64,000 nt of DNA from Synergistales bacterium (GTDB lineage Bacteria > Synergistota > Synergistia > Synergistales > JAFGMB01): the NCBI GenBank assembly GCA_963666205.1, contig OY762654.1, forward strand, positions 736,001-800,000. The letters are read 5' to 3'. Below are positions 48,844 to 59,970 of the stretch, one piece after another. The notes under the pieces are model-generated. The model ran no database searches, was not told where the DNA came from, and saw only the letters and a program-made list of their open reading frames with translations. Position 1 is the stretch's first letter, and every line of letters starts with the position of its first letter. The translations under genes were made by a program, and so were the position numbers.

Positions 48844-50508
48844 TCAGTCTTTGAACACCGCTCCTCTGGCGCCGGAAGTGACAAATTCTCGATACCTGGT
48901 GAGGAAGGGGCTTTCCATATTGTTCTGATAGGGCTCCCATTCTGACCTTCTCCTGGCAAGTTCTTCTTCAGAGACAAGCACGTTCAGTTTTCCAGCCGGG
49001 ATATCGATCTCTACGATATCTCCCTCTTCAATAAGGGCAATATCGCCGCCTGCGGCTGCTTCCGGAGAAACATGTCCTATCGCCGCACCCTTTGTAGCCC
49101 CGGAAAATCTGCCATCCGTTATCAGTGCAACTGTCTTGTCCATTCCCATACCGGCCAGAGAGGATGTGGGAGAAAGCATCTCCCTCATTCCAGGTCCGCC
49201 TTTTGGCCCTTCATAACGGATAACGATAACGTCACCTTCCCTGATATCCTTTCCGAGAATAGCCCTGCTCGCATCTTCTTCACTATTGAAAACCCGGGCA
49301 GGCCCCTTATGAACAAGCATTTCAGGAGCAACAGCTGTCTGTTTTACAACTGAGCCCTCAATGGCAATATTCCCTTTGAGAACTGCTATACCTCCTGTTT
49401 GGTGATAGGGATTGTTAAGGGGTCGAATAACCTCATCGTCCCTTACTCTTGCTTTTTCGAGGTTGGTTCCTACACTTTCTCCCGTTACAGTAGGAATATC
49501 CATATGGATAAGACCATTTCCGGAAAGACGTTTCATAACCGCCTGTACCCCTCCGGCAAAGTAAAGATCCTGAATATGGTAAGGACCACCTGGACTCATG
49601 CTGCAGAGATGGGGTGTCTTCTTACTTATTTCATCAAGCTTTTCAAGAGTCAGATCCACTCCTGCCATATGGGCAATTGCAGGGAGATGAAGAGCTGTAT
49701 TTGTAGAACCACCCAGGGCCATATCTACTGCAACTGCATTTTCAAACGCTTTTTTTGTAAGAATATCCCTCGGTTTGATATTGTTTTCCACCAGATACAT
49801 GATCTTTCTTCCCGCATCTTTTGCCAATCTTTCCCTTTCTGCAAAAACGGCAGGAATTGTTCCATTTCCAGGGAGGGCAAAACCCAGGGCTTCCATCATG
49901 CAATTCATTGTATTAGCTGTAAACATACCTGAACATGAACCACAGGTGGGACAGGCACAATTCTCCACTTCCTTCAGCTCTTCTTCCGATATGGTTCCAA
50001 CTACCCTTCGTCCAACAGCTTCAAATACCGTACTGAGATCAATATCCCTCTTGCCGTGAATACCAGCAAGCATTGGCCCGCCGCTGATTATTATGGCCGG
50101 AATGTTCAACATGGCAGCCGCCATGGCCATACCTGGAATTATTTTATCGCAGTTTGTAACAAGAACCAGAGCATCAAGGGCATGACCCCTTGCCATTACC
50201 TCTATAGAATCCATGATAAGCTCTCGGCTGGGAAGGGAAAACTTCATTCCCTCATGATTCATTGCGATACCGTCACAAATACCTATCACTGGAAATTCGA
50301 GAGGAAGACCTCCGCTGGCATAGACCCCTGATTTGACAGCTTCAGTTATTCTGTTCAGATGGGTATGACCTGGAATGATAGAATTGTAGGCATTGACCAC
50401 ACCAATCCATGGACGTTCTATCTCCCAATCCGTATATCCCCCTGCTTTCATAAGGGATCTGTGCGGTGCTCTCTCTGGACCTTTCTTTGCATTGTCACTT
50501 TTCATCAT
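48844..50508 (-). CDS. ilvD: Dihydroxy-acid dehydratase (IlvD/Edd family)
   Basis: [49 protein letters not shown]. Confidence 0.92.
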   Translation of the reverse strand: MMKSDNAKKGPERAPHRSLMKAGGYTDWEIERPWIGVVNAYNSIIPGHTHLNRITEAVKSGVYASGGLPLEFPVIGICDGIAMNHEGMKFSLPSRELIMDSIEVMARGHALDALVLVTNCDKIIPGMAMAAAMLNIPAIIISGGPMLAGIHGKRDIDLSTVFEAVGRRVVGTISEEELKEVENCACPTCGSCSGMFTANTMNCMMEALGFALPGNGTIPAVFAERERLAKDAGRKIMYLVENNIKPRDILTKKAFENAVAVDMALGGSTNTALHLPAIAHMAGVDLTLEKLDEISKKTPHLCSMSPGGPYHIQDLYFAGGVQAVMKRLSGNGLIHMDIPTVTGESVGTNLEKARVRDDEVIRPLNNPYHQTGGIAVLKGNIAIEGSVVKQTAVAPEMLVHKGPARVFNSEEDASRAILGKDIREGDVIVIRYEGPKGGPGMREMLSPTSSLAGMGMDKTVALITDGRFSGATKGAAIGHVSPEAAAGGDIALIEEGDIVEIDIPAGKLNVLVSEEELARRRSEWEPYQNNMESPFLTRYREFVTSGARGAVFKD

Positions 50509-50545
50509 AGATTCAACCTCCATTCAGGATATTTCGAGAAAAAGG

Positions 50546-51835
50546 CTAGACTCCCGCAGCTCCCCAGAAAAGTTTTGGAAGGAACAGCGCTATAGACGGG
50601 AAATATGTAACAAGGAGCAGTACTGCTATCAGGACAAGGACCATGGGAATTATGGGTTTACTGATCTCTTCCATGGATAGACCCGTTATAGCACTGGCAA
50701 CATATATATCTATAGCAACAGGTGGGGTCGCCATTCCAATTGCAAGACCTATGGCTATAAGAACTCCGAAATGGATAAGGTTACCTCCCAACTGAGTTAT
50801 TGTGGGCAGAAATATGGGTGTGAGAATAATGAGAGCGGAAGCAGTTTCCATGAACATTCCAGCCAGAAGGACTATTATGGTTATCATAAGGTATACAAGG
50901 AACCGGTTTCCTCCTGCAACTCCAAGAAATGCACTGGCGACAGCTTCGGGCACTTCATAAAAGGCAAGTCCCCATCCAAACAGCTTTGCTGTCGCGATTA
51001 TAAACATGATAAGTGCAGAAGTTACACCTGCATTGACAACAAGCTTGTAAAGTTTTTTAAGATCCATGGTCTTGTATATAAAGAAAGCCACCAGGAGAGA
51101 ATAATCAACTGCTATGGCAGCGGCTTCTGAAGGAGTAAAGACTCCGGAGAATATACCTCCAAGTATTATTACAGGTGTCATAAGCCCCCAGAGTGAATTT
51201 ACAAAGCGGTTCCATTTCTCTTTGCCGCTAACCTTCTCACTGGCTGGATAACCCCTTTTCCGGGCAACATATATAGCAAGACATATAAGCCCAAGTCCCA
51301 TCAGGATTCCGGGAACAACTCCTCCCATGAAAAGTTTAGCCACTGATTCCCCCGCTATTACTGCATAAAGAACCATGGGAACACTGGGAGGAATAACCAC
51401 ACCTATGGTTCCCGATGCCGCAATTAGAGCGGCAGAAAAATCAACATCATACCCCATCTCTTCAAGATCCGGGAGCAGGGCTGTCCCTACAGCAGCAGTG
51501 GTAGCAGCACCTGATCCTGAGATGGCGGCGATAAACATGGAAGCTACTGTAGAAACGATGGAAAGGCCTCCCCGTATTCTCCCAAGAGTCGCTTCTGCAA
51601 ATGCTACGATCCTCTCGGATATACCTCCCTTTGCAAGAATATCTCCCGCAAGGATAAAGAAAGGAACAGCAACAAGGGCAAAAGAATTATTTCCCGCAAA
51701 CATGGTTTGCGGAACCATTTCCAGAGGTATGTCACTGATAATAAGTACCGTTACTGCGGAAACCCCTATGGAAAGACCAATAGGAACTCCAAGTAATAGA
51801 AAAAAGAAAAACGAACCTGCTAGAATCCAGCCCAT
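50546..51835 (-). CDS. dctM: TRAP large permease
   Basis: AVPFFILAG, VIPPSVPM, TPSEA, TPP. Confidence 0.93.
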   Translation of the reverse strand: MGWILAGSFFFFLLLGVPIGLSIGVSAVTVLIISDIPLEMVPQTMFAGNNSFALVAVPFFILAGDILAKGGISERIVAFAEATLGRIRGGLSIVSTVASMFIAAISGSGAATTAAVGTALLPDLEEMGYDVDFSAALIAASGTIGVVIPPSVPMVLYAVIAGESVAKLFMGGVVPGILMGLGLICLAIYVARKRGYPASEKVSGKEKWNRFVNSLWGLMTPVIILGGIFSGVFTPSEAAAIAVDYSLLVAFFIYKTMDLKKLYKLVVNAGVTSALIMFIIATAKLFGWGLAFYEVPEAVASAFLGVAGGNRFLVYLMITIIVLLAGMFMETASALIILTPIFLPTITQLGGNLIHFGVLIAIGLAIGMATPPVAIDIYVASAITGLSMEEISKPIIPMVLVLIAVLLLVTYFPSIALFLPKLFWGAAGV

Positions 51836-51841
51836 GTTCCT

Positions 51842-52345
51842 CTACCTCCTGAGGATTTCCCTGATGCCGGATATTAAATGGATCAGAGTAATCCCGCCGA
51901 TCAGCGGATACATCATATATACCCATTTCATGGAGATACCCATGGCAGGAGTAGTCTGATAAGACTCACTATTCATCAGGATCGCCCCGTAATAGGCGAC
52001 AATAATGAAAAAAGCTATTCCAATTAACTGAACCAGCAGAGCAACAAGCTTACGGATCGGAGCAGGAAGCTTCATAACCATAAAGGTCACAGCAATGTGA
52101 GACCCCCTTTTAAAGGCTATAGCTGCTCCCAGAAGAGAGGCACCCACAAGCATAAATCGTGTAAGTTCTTCGGACCATATAAGGGCGTCCAGAAAAAACC
52201 TGCAGAATATCTGAAGTGTAGTAACCCCTATCATACCCACCATGAGGAAGAACAGGATCACTTCACTGATATGATTCAGTTTGTCGCTTAATTCAAGAAG
52301 AGGCGAGCCTTTCAACTCGCCTCTGTCCATTCCTTTCTCTTTCAT
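51842..52345 (-). CDS. dctQ: TRAP small permease
   Basis: QIFCRF...WSEELTR...GSHIAV. Confidence 0.92.
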   Translation of the reverse strand: MKEKGMDRGELKGSPLLELSDKLNHISEVILFFLMVGMIGVTTLQIFCRFFLDALIWSEELTRFMLVGASLLGAAIAFKRGSHIAVTFMVMKLPAPIRKLVALLVQLIGIAFFIIVAYYGAILMNSESYQTTPAMGISMKWVYMMYPLIGGITLIHLISGIREILRR

Positions 52346-52362
52346 GTTTATTCTATAACCCT

Positions 52363-53337
52363 TTACTTTGTATTGAGTATCGAATCGATCAGGTCTTTAC
52401 CGAACTTATCCTGATATTTTTCATAAACTGGCTTGACGGCCTCTCTGAAGGCGGCAAGATCTGGCTGGGTAACCACCATTCCCTTATCCTTAAGGAACTG
52501 GAGCCATTCTGCCGCATTGTCATTATCGAGTTTCCGGTTGTACTCAGCTGCAGCATGGGCAGATTTCTGAACCAGGTTCTGCTGTTCAGGAGAAAGTTTA
52601 TTCCAGGTTTTCATACCTACCATGATGACATTGGGTGCATAAGCATGCCTTGTGATGGAGAGGTACTTCTGGGTTTCATAGAGTTTGAAGGCAACAATAA
52701 CATTGAGGGGATTTTCCTGGCCATCAACTGTACCCTGCTGAAGGGCTGTGAGTACTTCTGTCCAGGCCATGGGAACCGCATTTGCACCAAGGGCCTTGAA
52801 GGAATCAACGTAAACCGGGTTCTGCATAAGGCGTATCTTGAGTCCTTTAATATCTTCAGGGGTCTTGACTTCCCTCTTGCTGTTGGTCAGATTGCGAAAA
52901 CCTCTTTCCCCGTATGCCAGCCCCTTCCAGCCAAACTGTTCCATATCATTGAGCATCTGCTGCCCCACTGGGCCGTCCAGGACCTTATAAGCATGCTCCG
53001 GACTGCTGAAAATGAAGGGTAGATCAAAGACACCGAAACTGGGCATGAAATTGATAATCGGACCACCGGTGATGATTCCGGCATCTACAACTCCCAGTTT
53101 CATTCTTTCAAGAAGGGTTCTCTCGTCTCCAAGTTTTGCATTGGGGAAAATGGTAACCTTCAGTTCACCATCACTACCGGCTTCCACCAGCTCCTTGAAC
53201 TTTAATGCGCACTGATGGAAGGCATCCTTTTCATTTACGACATGGGCAAGCCTGATAGTAGTAACAGCAAATGCCATCGAACTGAATAAAGACACAACAA
53301 GAGCACTGAGCAAGATCGTACTTATTACTTTTTTCAT
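52363..53337 (-). CDS. dctP: TRAP solute-binding protein
   Basis: FPNAKLGDE, GFRNLTN, DIKGLKIR, LQQGTVDGQENP. Confidence 0.93.
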   Translation of the reverse strand: MKKVISTILLSALVVSLFSSMAFAVTTIRLAHVVNEKDAFHQCALKFKELVEAGSDGELKVTIFPNAKLGDERTLLERMKLGVVDAGIITGGPIINFMPSFGVFDLPFIFSSPEHAYKVLDGPVGQQMLNDMEQFGWKGLAYGERGFRNLTNSKREVKTPEDIKGLKIRLMQNPVYVDSFKALGANAVPMAWTEVLTALQQGTVDGQENPLNVIVAFKLYETQKYLSITRHAYAPNVIMVGMKTWNKLSPEQQNLVQKSAHAAAEYNRKLDNDNAAEWLQFLKDKGMVVTQPDLAAFREAVKPVYEKYQDKFGKDLIDSILNTK

Positions 53338-53359
53338 TATCCGAATCATCCTCCTTTTA

Positions 53360-53383
53360 TTGGTCCTACCAAGGTACTACCAA
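53360..53383. promoter_or_regulatory. Putative FadR-subfamily operator pair
   Basis: TTGGTCCTACCAA overlapping AAGGTACTACCAA (TGGT-N3-ACCA type) between divergent dctP and regulator. Confidence 0.6.
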
Positions 53384-53450
53384 CTTAAACTAGATTATAG
53401 TATGATATAAAAAAATTGACAAGGATCCTTTCATCCTGCAGGAGGCAGAC

Positions 53451-54146
53451 ATGGAAACCAAGAGAGCAATACTTGTTGAAAAAATCACAGAACTGATCCG
53501 GGAGGGCCATTTAATCAAGGAAAACAAACTCCCTCCAGAAAGGGAATTTGCAAAAATGCTGGGGGTAAGCAGAAATCTTCTGAGGGAGGCACTTGTGACC
53601 CTTGAATGTCTTGGATACATTGAAATGCATGGAAGAGAAGGCATCTTTATTAAGGAAATAGATCTTGCAGATCTTGACAGCGGTTTAAGGAACATCAGCA
53701 TCTGGCCTGAAGACATGATGCAGCAGCTAATGGAAATGCGCCTCCTTACGGAGATCCCTGCTTCAGGTCTTGCCGCTGAACGAAGAACACCAGAGCAACT
53801 GGACAGGCTCATAGAATGCATCCATCAGCTTGAAAGGATCCACATTAACGGAGAAGATCATGAGGGAGAAGGTGCACACTGGGATTCTCTTCTACACACT
53901 CTCATAATTGATTCCGCTAACAATAAATTATTATCCCGTGTATATGAAGGACTTTCTGCGGTTATGGAAAAATATATCGGAAACAGCAGGAGGAGGCTTT
54001 TCCCTTACCTGGAATGGCCAGAAAAGATCCTTAGACAGCACCAGCAGATGGTCGTTGCAATTGTTGAAAGGGATAGTGAAAGAGCAAAAGGTCTTGCCCG
54101 GGAACATATCTTTGAAGCAATGAAACAGTTGAAAGTATTTCATTGA
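53451..54146 (+). CDS. FadR/GntR family regulator
   Basis: LPPERE...GVSR..LREAL HTH plus FCD domain. Confidence 0.92.
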   Translation: METKRAILVEKITELIREGHLIKENKLPPEREFAKMLGVSRNLLREALVTLECLGYIEMHGREGIFIKEIDLADLDSGLRNISIWPEDMMQQLMEMRLLTEIPASGLAAERRTPEQLDRLIECIHQLERIHINGEDHEGEGAHWDSLLHTLIIDSANNKLLSRVYEGLSAVMEKYIGNSRRRLFPYLEWPEKILRQHQQMVVAIVERDSERAKGLAREHIFEAMKQLKVFH

Positions 54147-54354
54147 CCCACCGCAAGAATTCAGCCCAGAATCTAACTGCGAAAGGGATATTCATTCCTG
54201 TATAGCCGGCAACATTCCGCAATGAGTGATAATTTATCGCCGTCTAACCTGGTATAAAATCCCGACAGGAAATCTGTAATAGCTAAAAGACAACGTTAAC
54301 TGTTTTCAGTTGTTTATGGGGAACGATGGCAAATAGAGCAATCATTCCTGTGTA

Positions 54355-54873
54355 TCACAACAACCCCTGAATTCCCATCGTTCTTATAAGCCATGGATAA
54401 ACCGGTGCCATCATATAAGGATTGAGAGAAAACATTACGAACATTCCCATTGCCATTGCAGAATGCAGGATGGAGAGAATACCCCTGTATGTTTCCCTGT
54501 GAGCAATCACACCTAATGCACCTTCACAGATAAAAAATGCGAGCACATGCATGATCCATTTATGCTCTGCCCCTGGGAGATGCGTATATCGGATAACCCT
54601 TAAAACACAGTAACCGGACCATATTCCAAGAACATAAATCTGTGACAGGGAAAGCACCACCCTAAGGGACCCTGCCGCTATTCCTGGAAGAGGTCCCCGT
54701 AAATCCTCTTCAGCATGCCTTTTTTCAAGGCTTTCAGCAAGATCATGAACAGACTGCACCCGTGGTAAGACATATCGGGAATAAGAACTCGACAGGATCC
54801 AGGCCCATAGAAGCATGGGGAAAAGACATTTCAGTATCAGAACCAAAACAGGCACCTCCATAATATGTGACAA
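54355..54873 (-). CDS. Hypothetical membrane protein
   Basis: About four hydrophobic segments; start uncertain. Confidence 0.6.
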   Translation of the reverse strand: MSHIMEVPVLVLILKCLFPMLLWAWILSSSYSRYVLPRVQSVHDLAESLEKRHAEEDLRGPLPGIAAGSLRVVLSLSQIYVLGIWSGYCVLRVIRYTHLPGAEHKWIMHVLAFFICEGALGVIAHRETYRGILSILHSAMAMGMFVMFSLNPYMMAPVYPWLIRTMGIQGLL

Positions 54874-54968
54874 TTCTTATTACCGGCACTAATTTTACCA
54901 GAGATATTATATAAAGACTCTGAACACAACCTGTTTCATGAATGAATGACCGTCCTGTTGACCAGAGC

Positions 54969-56549
54969 TTACTCCGACTCCTGGTTTACAAGGATCTTAA
55001 GAAAAGAATCATGAAGGGATTCTCCCCTGGCAATAAAAGAATCCACATTTCCCAAAGATTCCCTGAACTCGTTAATGCCTTTGCCGATCCTGTCATCCTG
55101 CATTATAGGTCTCATCTTTTTTGATATTTCCATAAGCTCTTCTTCAATCCTTCTAACAGAAAGGGCGAATATGCCATAACTCTCTCCCCTCATAAATCTA
55201 CTCATATTTTCCGGAATTTCCAGGGAAACCGAGAGCTGTTGAGGATCAATAACTCCTGCCAGAAGCTGTTTGTTTCGGCAAGCAATGGTAAGGCCCATTA
55301 CAGAATCAATGCCATAAACCCTCTCCCATTCGGGAATTTCGATCTGTTTTAAAGGGAAGGGTAAATTAAGCAAAGGGACAATTGACATGAATTTTTCGGT
55401 AATACCCTCCTTTTCAGGCTGAAACATTACGTAACACCCGGGGATTTCACCTAAAGGACTGAAGGATTTTCCGCCAATGACAAGGGAAAAACTGCCTCCA
55501 AAGAGATCAACAATGTCCTCCAGGGTAATACCGTAGAGTTTATGGAAATATTCCAACCCAAGCCTTGCTTCTGAAGCCCTGGGATCATTCAGCATTTTTT
55601 CTATCCTCGAACGGTCAAGACTGGAAGTCCTCCCATGTATAAAACCTATAACCTGCCCTCCTCCCGGAAATTCTGGAATATCCCTTATAGGCCTGCAGGA
55701 CTTGCGCTGTTCTTCAGACATGAATATATCAGCAGCATTTGAATGTGATCTGATCGTCCATCCTTCATTATCCTTCTGGAAAGAGACCTCTAAAATCACC
55801 GGCTTTTCAGAAAAAATATTCACACCCTCTGATTCCAGCAATTCTTTGAACATCGAAGTATCCATGGATAAATAAATACTGTTCATTTCCGTCAGTTTCT
55901 GTTGAATCTCCAATTTCCCGGAAGGATCAGCTGCTGCTGTAATCATATCCCTGAGTCCTTCAGTTCCAGAGGAAAAAAGAAGAAATACCGGACCAGTCCC
56001 GAAAAGAGCTACAGATATGGTCATTCCAGTAGTTTTATCAAAGATCTGATAGAGGGGGAGAACATCCTCGCCCAGGTCTGCATTATATGGGATTACAGTA
56101 AGATCATCAGTCTTCGAGGATATCTGATCAAAAAAAGACTTCAGGAGCAACTCTGGTTCCTTCTCCTTTATTACGGAAACTCCGTAAAGACTGATCCCCG
56201 GCATCTGATCTCCCGTTCTGACTGAAAAAAAGATCCTGGATTCACCCAGAAAAGGGAAATATTCTTTTATACACTCTCCCAGGAATCCAGGATCCTGAAC
56301 TGCTTCTGGAGATGTGGAATTCGCGGTCTCCGTCATCTTCTCTGCGAAATAGTCTGTAACATGGACTAAAGGACCGGTAAAAGCTTCTGAGTCAAACATT
56401 TTTACCAGTAGAAAAGTATTATCTTCCTCTACTCTGGAAGGAATGAAATCTCCCGTAACAAGTGTAACGGGTAGGGGCTTGGACAACATGTAGTAAGCTC
56501 CAGTACATAAAAACACGAGAATCGCCAGTAACGTAAGGATCTTTTTCAT
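54969..56549 (-). CDS. Hypothetical exported protein
   Basis: 526-aa ORF with an N-terminal signal/anchor; no motif recognised. Confidence 0.75.
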   Translation of the reverse strand: MKKILTLLAILVFLCTGAYYMLSKPLPVTLVTGDFIPSRVEEDNTFLLVKMFDSEAFTGPLVHVTDYFAEKMTETANSTSPEAVQDPGFLGECIKEYFPFLGESRIFFSVRTGDQMPGISLYGVSVIKEKEPELLLKSFFDQISSKTDDLTVIPYNADLGEDVLPLYQIFDKTTGMTISVALFGTGPVFLLFSSGTEGLRDMITAAADPSGKLEIQQKLTEMNSIYLSMDTSMFKELLESEGVNIFSEKPVILEVSFQKDNEGWTIRSHSNAADIFMSEEQRKSCRPIRDIPEFPGGGQVIGFIHGRTSSLDRSRIEKMLNDPRASEARLGLEYFHKLYGITLEDIVDLFGGSFSLVIGGKSFSPLGEIPGCYVMFQPEKEGITEKFMSIVPLLNLPFPLKQIEIPEWERVYGIDSVMGLTIACRNKQLLAGVIDPQQLSVSLEIPENMSRFMRGESYGIFALSVRRIEEELMEISKKMRPIMQDDRIGKGINEFRESLGNVDSFIARGESLHDSFLKILVNQESE

Positions 56550-56729
56550 CCCTTCAGTACGCCCCTTTCGGAAAATAACGTGAGTTGTCGTTAAAAAAAA
56601 GAAATATAAATTTATATTTTAATGGTAACATGTACTGCATTATTTTATCCTAACTACAAAAGGAAAAGAGGGCCCATGGACCCTCTTTTCTTAATCACTT
56701 CGAACCACATCGGGAAATACTACTTTGAA

Positions 56730-57086
56730 CTAGACCAGTTTAAGGGTTCTCTGTTTCTGTTCATCATCAATAAAATAAGCGAGCATAACCCCATGGTCAT
56801 CTGCTTTAAGTTCCTCGAAATGGGGACACTTGCCCTCTATCTTGTATTCCTTTGCAGCTTCCCGGACACAGGCATCCAGCTGTTCATTACAGATAGGACA
56901 GTTGAAGGATAAACATCTGTCTCCGACGGCGCTTAGATCTACCGGCAATTCTTCTCCGAAATCATTCACAAAGAAAACTACAGAGTCTTTCTCATCAACC
57001 CTTTCAAAATGGTCGCATCCCTGGTGAAATTGCCCATGTTCCCTCCCATAAGTTATCTTTCCGCAAATCGGACATTCCACCTTCAT
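56730..57086 (-). CDS. Hypothetical protein with two CxxC...CxH repeats
   Basis: GGAGG SD, MKVECPIC-x15-CDHF ... CPIC-x20-CPHF; hairpin at about 56663-56690 downstream. Confidence 0.75.
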   Translation of the reverse strand: MKVECPICGKITYGREHGQFHQGCDHFERVDEKDSVVFFVNDFGEELPVDLSAVGDRCLSFNCPICNEQLDACVREAAKEYKIEGKCPHFEELKADDHGVMLAYFIDDEQKQRTLKLV

Positions 57087-57321
57087 ATAATGTTTCAATT
57101 TCCTCCCCCCCTTATCCAGGTTAACAATAACCTCGGTACATTTAGCAGGATTTAAAAGCATATCTGGAAGAATAACCCCGTCTCCGCTTTTTTAGTATAT
57201 CATGTCAACACGGTATCTGGCTAACCTGGAAGATTGTATGGCATCAGGATCTGTGCTAGACTGTTTCCTCGTCGATCTGAGATCAATCATTTCTGTTGAA
57301 ATAACACAGGGGGAAAAGAAT

Positions 57322-58026
57322 TTGCAGGACTATTTTTTAGATATACCGGCCTTCGGGACTCTGCTTAACACGGCTGCAGCTACTTTTGGAGGCTTGTTCG
57401 GACTGGCCGTTCACTCACGATTATCCGAAAGGTTTAACACCATATGCTTTCAGGCCCTGGGATTATTTACCCTTGTAGCAGGTATTTCGATGGCCCTGTC
57501 AAGCAATAACATGCTTATCATGGTGTTCAGCATTGTTGCTGGTTCTGTTATAGGGGAAACATTAAGAATAGATGATAGAATTACCGGCCTTTCAGTGGGA
57601 AATACAGACCCTGTAAAGGGAAAAACCAGATTCCGGGAGGGTTTTATTACAGCTTCTCTCTTGTATTGCACAGGGTCTCTGGGGGTCCTTGGGGCCATCG
57701 AAGAGGGTCTGGGAGGTATTCCCAACCTTTTGATAGCCAAATCCCTCCTTGATGGGATCGCATCTTTAACCCTGGCGTCTTCACTCGGAGGGGGAGTTGT
57801 ACTGGCGGCCCTGCCTCTTCTGATATACCAGGGAAGCATTACGCTCTTTGCATTCTATTTAAAGGATATACTTTCAGAGGCCGTATTACACGAGATAAGT
57901 GGTGTCGGAGGAATAATCCTGATTGGTATTGCCATGAATATCCTGGAGATTAAAAAACTGAGAATAATGAACATGCTTCCAGCTCTTGTCGTTTCTTTCA
58001 TCCTGGCCCTCTACTTTATCAGATAA
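57322..58026 (+). CDS. DUF554 family membrane protein
   Basis: GTLLN...GF..ASLLYC.GSL..LGA..EG...KS.LDG...YQG.IT. Confidence 0.85.
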   Translation: MQDYFLDIPAFGTLLNTAAATFGGLFGLAVHSRLSERFNTICFQALGLFTLVAGISMALSSNNMLIMVFSIVAGSVIGETLRIDDRITGLSVGNTDPVKGKTRFREGFITASLLYCTGSLGVLGAIEEGLGGIPNLLIAKSLLDGIASLTLASSLGGGVVLAALPLLIYQGSITLFAFYLKDILSEAVLHEISGVGGIILIGIAMNILEIKKLRIMNMLPALVVSFILALYFIR

Positions 58027-58042
58027 ATTCATATCACCAGGA

Positions 58043-59002
58043 TCAGTGTATATAAGATTTCCGAAGAAAAAGAGATTCCTCCACCAGGAATCTCAGGAAA
58101 TCCGGGAAGCTTGATCCCGCAGCCCTTGCTGCCTTTGGGACAAGGCTGGTTGATGTCATCCCTGGCACTGTGTTCACTTCAAGGACCCGCGGTTCTCCGC
58201 TATGGGTAAGTCGTATATCTATTCTTGCATATACCCTGCATCCAAGGGCACGAAAAGCATTCCTTGCTGCCTCGACCACAGACTGCAGGACCCATCCTTC
58301 CAGGGGAGCCGGAACAAGATACTCACTTTTTCCACTGCTGTATTTAGCCTCATAGGTGTAGAATTTTTCTTTGGGAACAATTTCTACAACAGGAAGGACC
58401 TCTATAATTCCTTTTCTTTCTATTACAGTTATAGCAAGTTCCCTTCCAGCTATAAACTCTTCCACAATAACATTCCTGGAAAACCTGGAAGCAAAATTAA
58501 CCGCTTCGATCATATCTTCTCCATGATCCAGGATGCTTACCCCCACTGTACTGCCACATGAGTTTGGCTTGACTACGACCTTTCCGGGAAAAGGCGAAGG
58601 GCAAACACAAGAAGGAAGGGGATTTTCTCTGGAGTAAAAATTTGCAGGAATAATACATCCATCCGGAACGGGTACTCCGCTTATTCTGAAGATGCTTTTA
58701 CTCACCCATTTATCCATAGAAAGAGCACAGGCTTCGTAACCGGGCCCGGTATAGGGTATATTCATAAGATCAAGCAGAGCCTGGACCTGACCGTTCTCTC
58801 CCCAGCACCCGTGAAGGGCTATAAAAAAAAGATCAGGCTTTTCATCATCTGGCAATTTGATCAATTCTGCTGGTTTACTTATCAGGAAAGGCCTGACATC
58901 AAAACCGGCCTGGGAAAGGCCGCATATAACAGATTCTCCGCTTTTAAGAGAAACTTCTTTCTCAAAACCTTCTCCGCCATAGAGCACACCAATCTTTTTC
59001 AA
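58043..59002 (-). CDS. ddl: D-alanine--D-alanine ligase
   Basis: GG...EKEVSLKSG, LHG.WGENG, KP...GS.VG, FYTYEAKY omega loop, EVNTVPG.T.TSL.P. Confidence 0.93.
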   Translation of the reverse strand: MKKIGVLYGGEGFEKEVSLKSGESVICGLSQAGFDVRPFLISKPAELIKLPDDEKPDLFFIALHGCWGENGQVQALLDLMNIPYTGPGYEACALSMDKWVSKSIFRISGVPVPDGCIIPANFYSRENPLPSCVCPSPFPGKVVVKPNSCGSTVGVSILDHGEDMIEAVNFASRFSRNVIVEEFIAGRELAITVIERKGIIEVLPVVEIVPKEKFYTYEAKYSSGKSEYLVPAPLEGWVLQSVVEAARNAFRALGCRVYARIDIRLTHSGEPRVLEVNTVPGMTSTSLVPKAARAAGSSFPDFLRFLVEESLFLRKSYIH

Positions 59003-59122
59003 AACAGTCTTTCACCTGAACCTTCCATCGGGAGGATAGCTAATTGCAGAAAATAATAAATTCTGTCTTTATGAGACTCTTTCGGAAAGAACCTGATCGG
59101 ACTATTATAACAGGCATGAAGA

Positions 59123-59160
59123 AAGGGGAAAGGATGATCTTTCACTCATCCTTTCCCCTT
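59123..59160 (-). terminator. Intrinsic terminator after the vanX-like gene
   Basis: AAGGGGAAAGGATGA...TCATCCTTTCCCCTT. Confidence 0.7.
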
Positions 59161-59184
59161 AAGAATCGGACCTTTAAAGATCTG

Positions 59185-59967
59185 CTATTGAAAATCTCCT
59201 TTCCATCTCATTTCAGGATAGATCTTTCCGTAGATAGCGGGTGAGTCCATATCGATAACCCATGCCCAGTTCTGATTACCATAGTCATAATGCCACCATT
59301 CATCGGAATAATTAGTAAATCCAACACCTGTCATAAGGTTGAAAAGAAAGCGCCTGTTCCGGAGAATTTCATTTTCATCCCGTGATAATTCTCTTTTTCC
59401 CCCGGCAAGCTTCTCAAAGTAAGCTGTTTGAGAAAGAATTGAAGTATCGTCAAATCCGGATCCCATATTGAGCAGCAGACCCTGTTCATTGACAATACTA
59501 AGGTCTACAGCTCCCCCTGTTATATGGGGAGATGGGCTATCCGGACATACCGAAGGCAGAGCAACATACTGACACACCCTTGAGTTGAGATCCTCATCGG
59601 GAAGGTCAGGGTAAACACCTGCTATCTCTTCTTTCAGTATATGGAAAAGGTTTTTTTGAAGATATGGGGGTCTCCATCCATCAAATACAACAAACCGATA
59701 ACCTGAGGGCAGTTTTTCCGATGCCTCCGCCAACTTCAGGAACACACCTCTGCGAAGGAAACACTCCGGCATCGCTCCACGAAGACCCTGAATAAAATAC
59801 TCACTCCTTACAAGGATCTTTTCCGGTAATAAACTTACCGGGACCAGTTCCTCCCCATTGTCATCTATAGGGATACGGCGAGCGGCATCCCAATTCCACT
59901 CCGGCATTTGGGGAATGGGACGTGAAAACAGATGCTCCACCTTCTCCACAGTTACACCTTCTTTCAT
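59185..59967 (-). CDS. D-Ala-D-Ala dipeptidase (VanX/DdpX, M15D)
   Basis: DGWRP, SPHITGGAVDL (SxHxxGxAxD), MGSGFD, EWWHY. Confidence 0.88.
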   Translation of the reverse strand: MKEGVTVEKVEHLFSRPIPQMPEWNWDAARRIPIDDNGEELVPVSLLPEKILVRSEYFIQGLRGAMPECFLRRGVFLKLAEASEKLPSGYRFVVFDGWRPPYLQKNLFHILKEEIAGVYPDLPDEDLNSRVCQYVALPSVCPDSPSPHITGGAVDLSIVNEQGLLLNMGSGFDDTSILSQTAYFEKLAGGKRELSRDENEILRNRRFLFNLMTGVGFTNYSDEWWHYDYGNQNWAWVIDMDSPAIYGKIYPEMRWKGDFQ

Positions 59968-59970
59968 TCT

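Noticed and set aside
58043-59967. Vancomycin-resistance cluster (vanX plus ligase)
   Set aside because: Ligase has the Tyr omega loop of D-Ala-D-Ala ligases; no adjacent vanH or vanRS; a terminator separates the genes.
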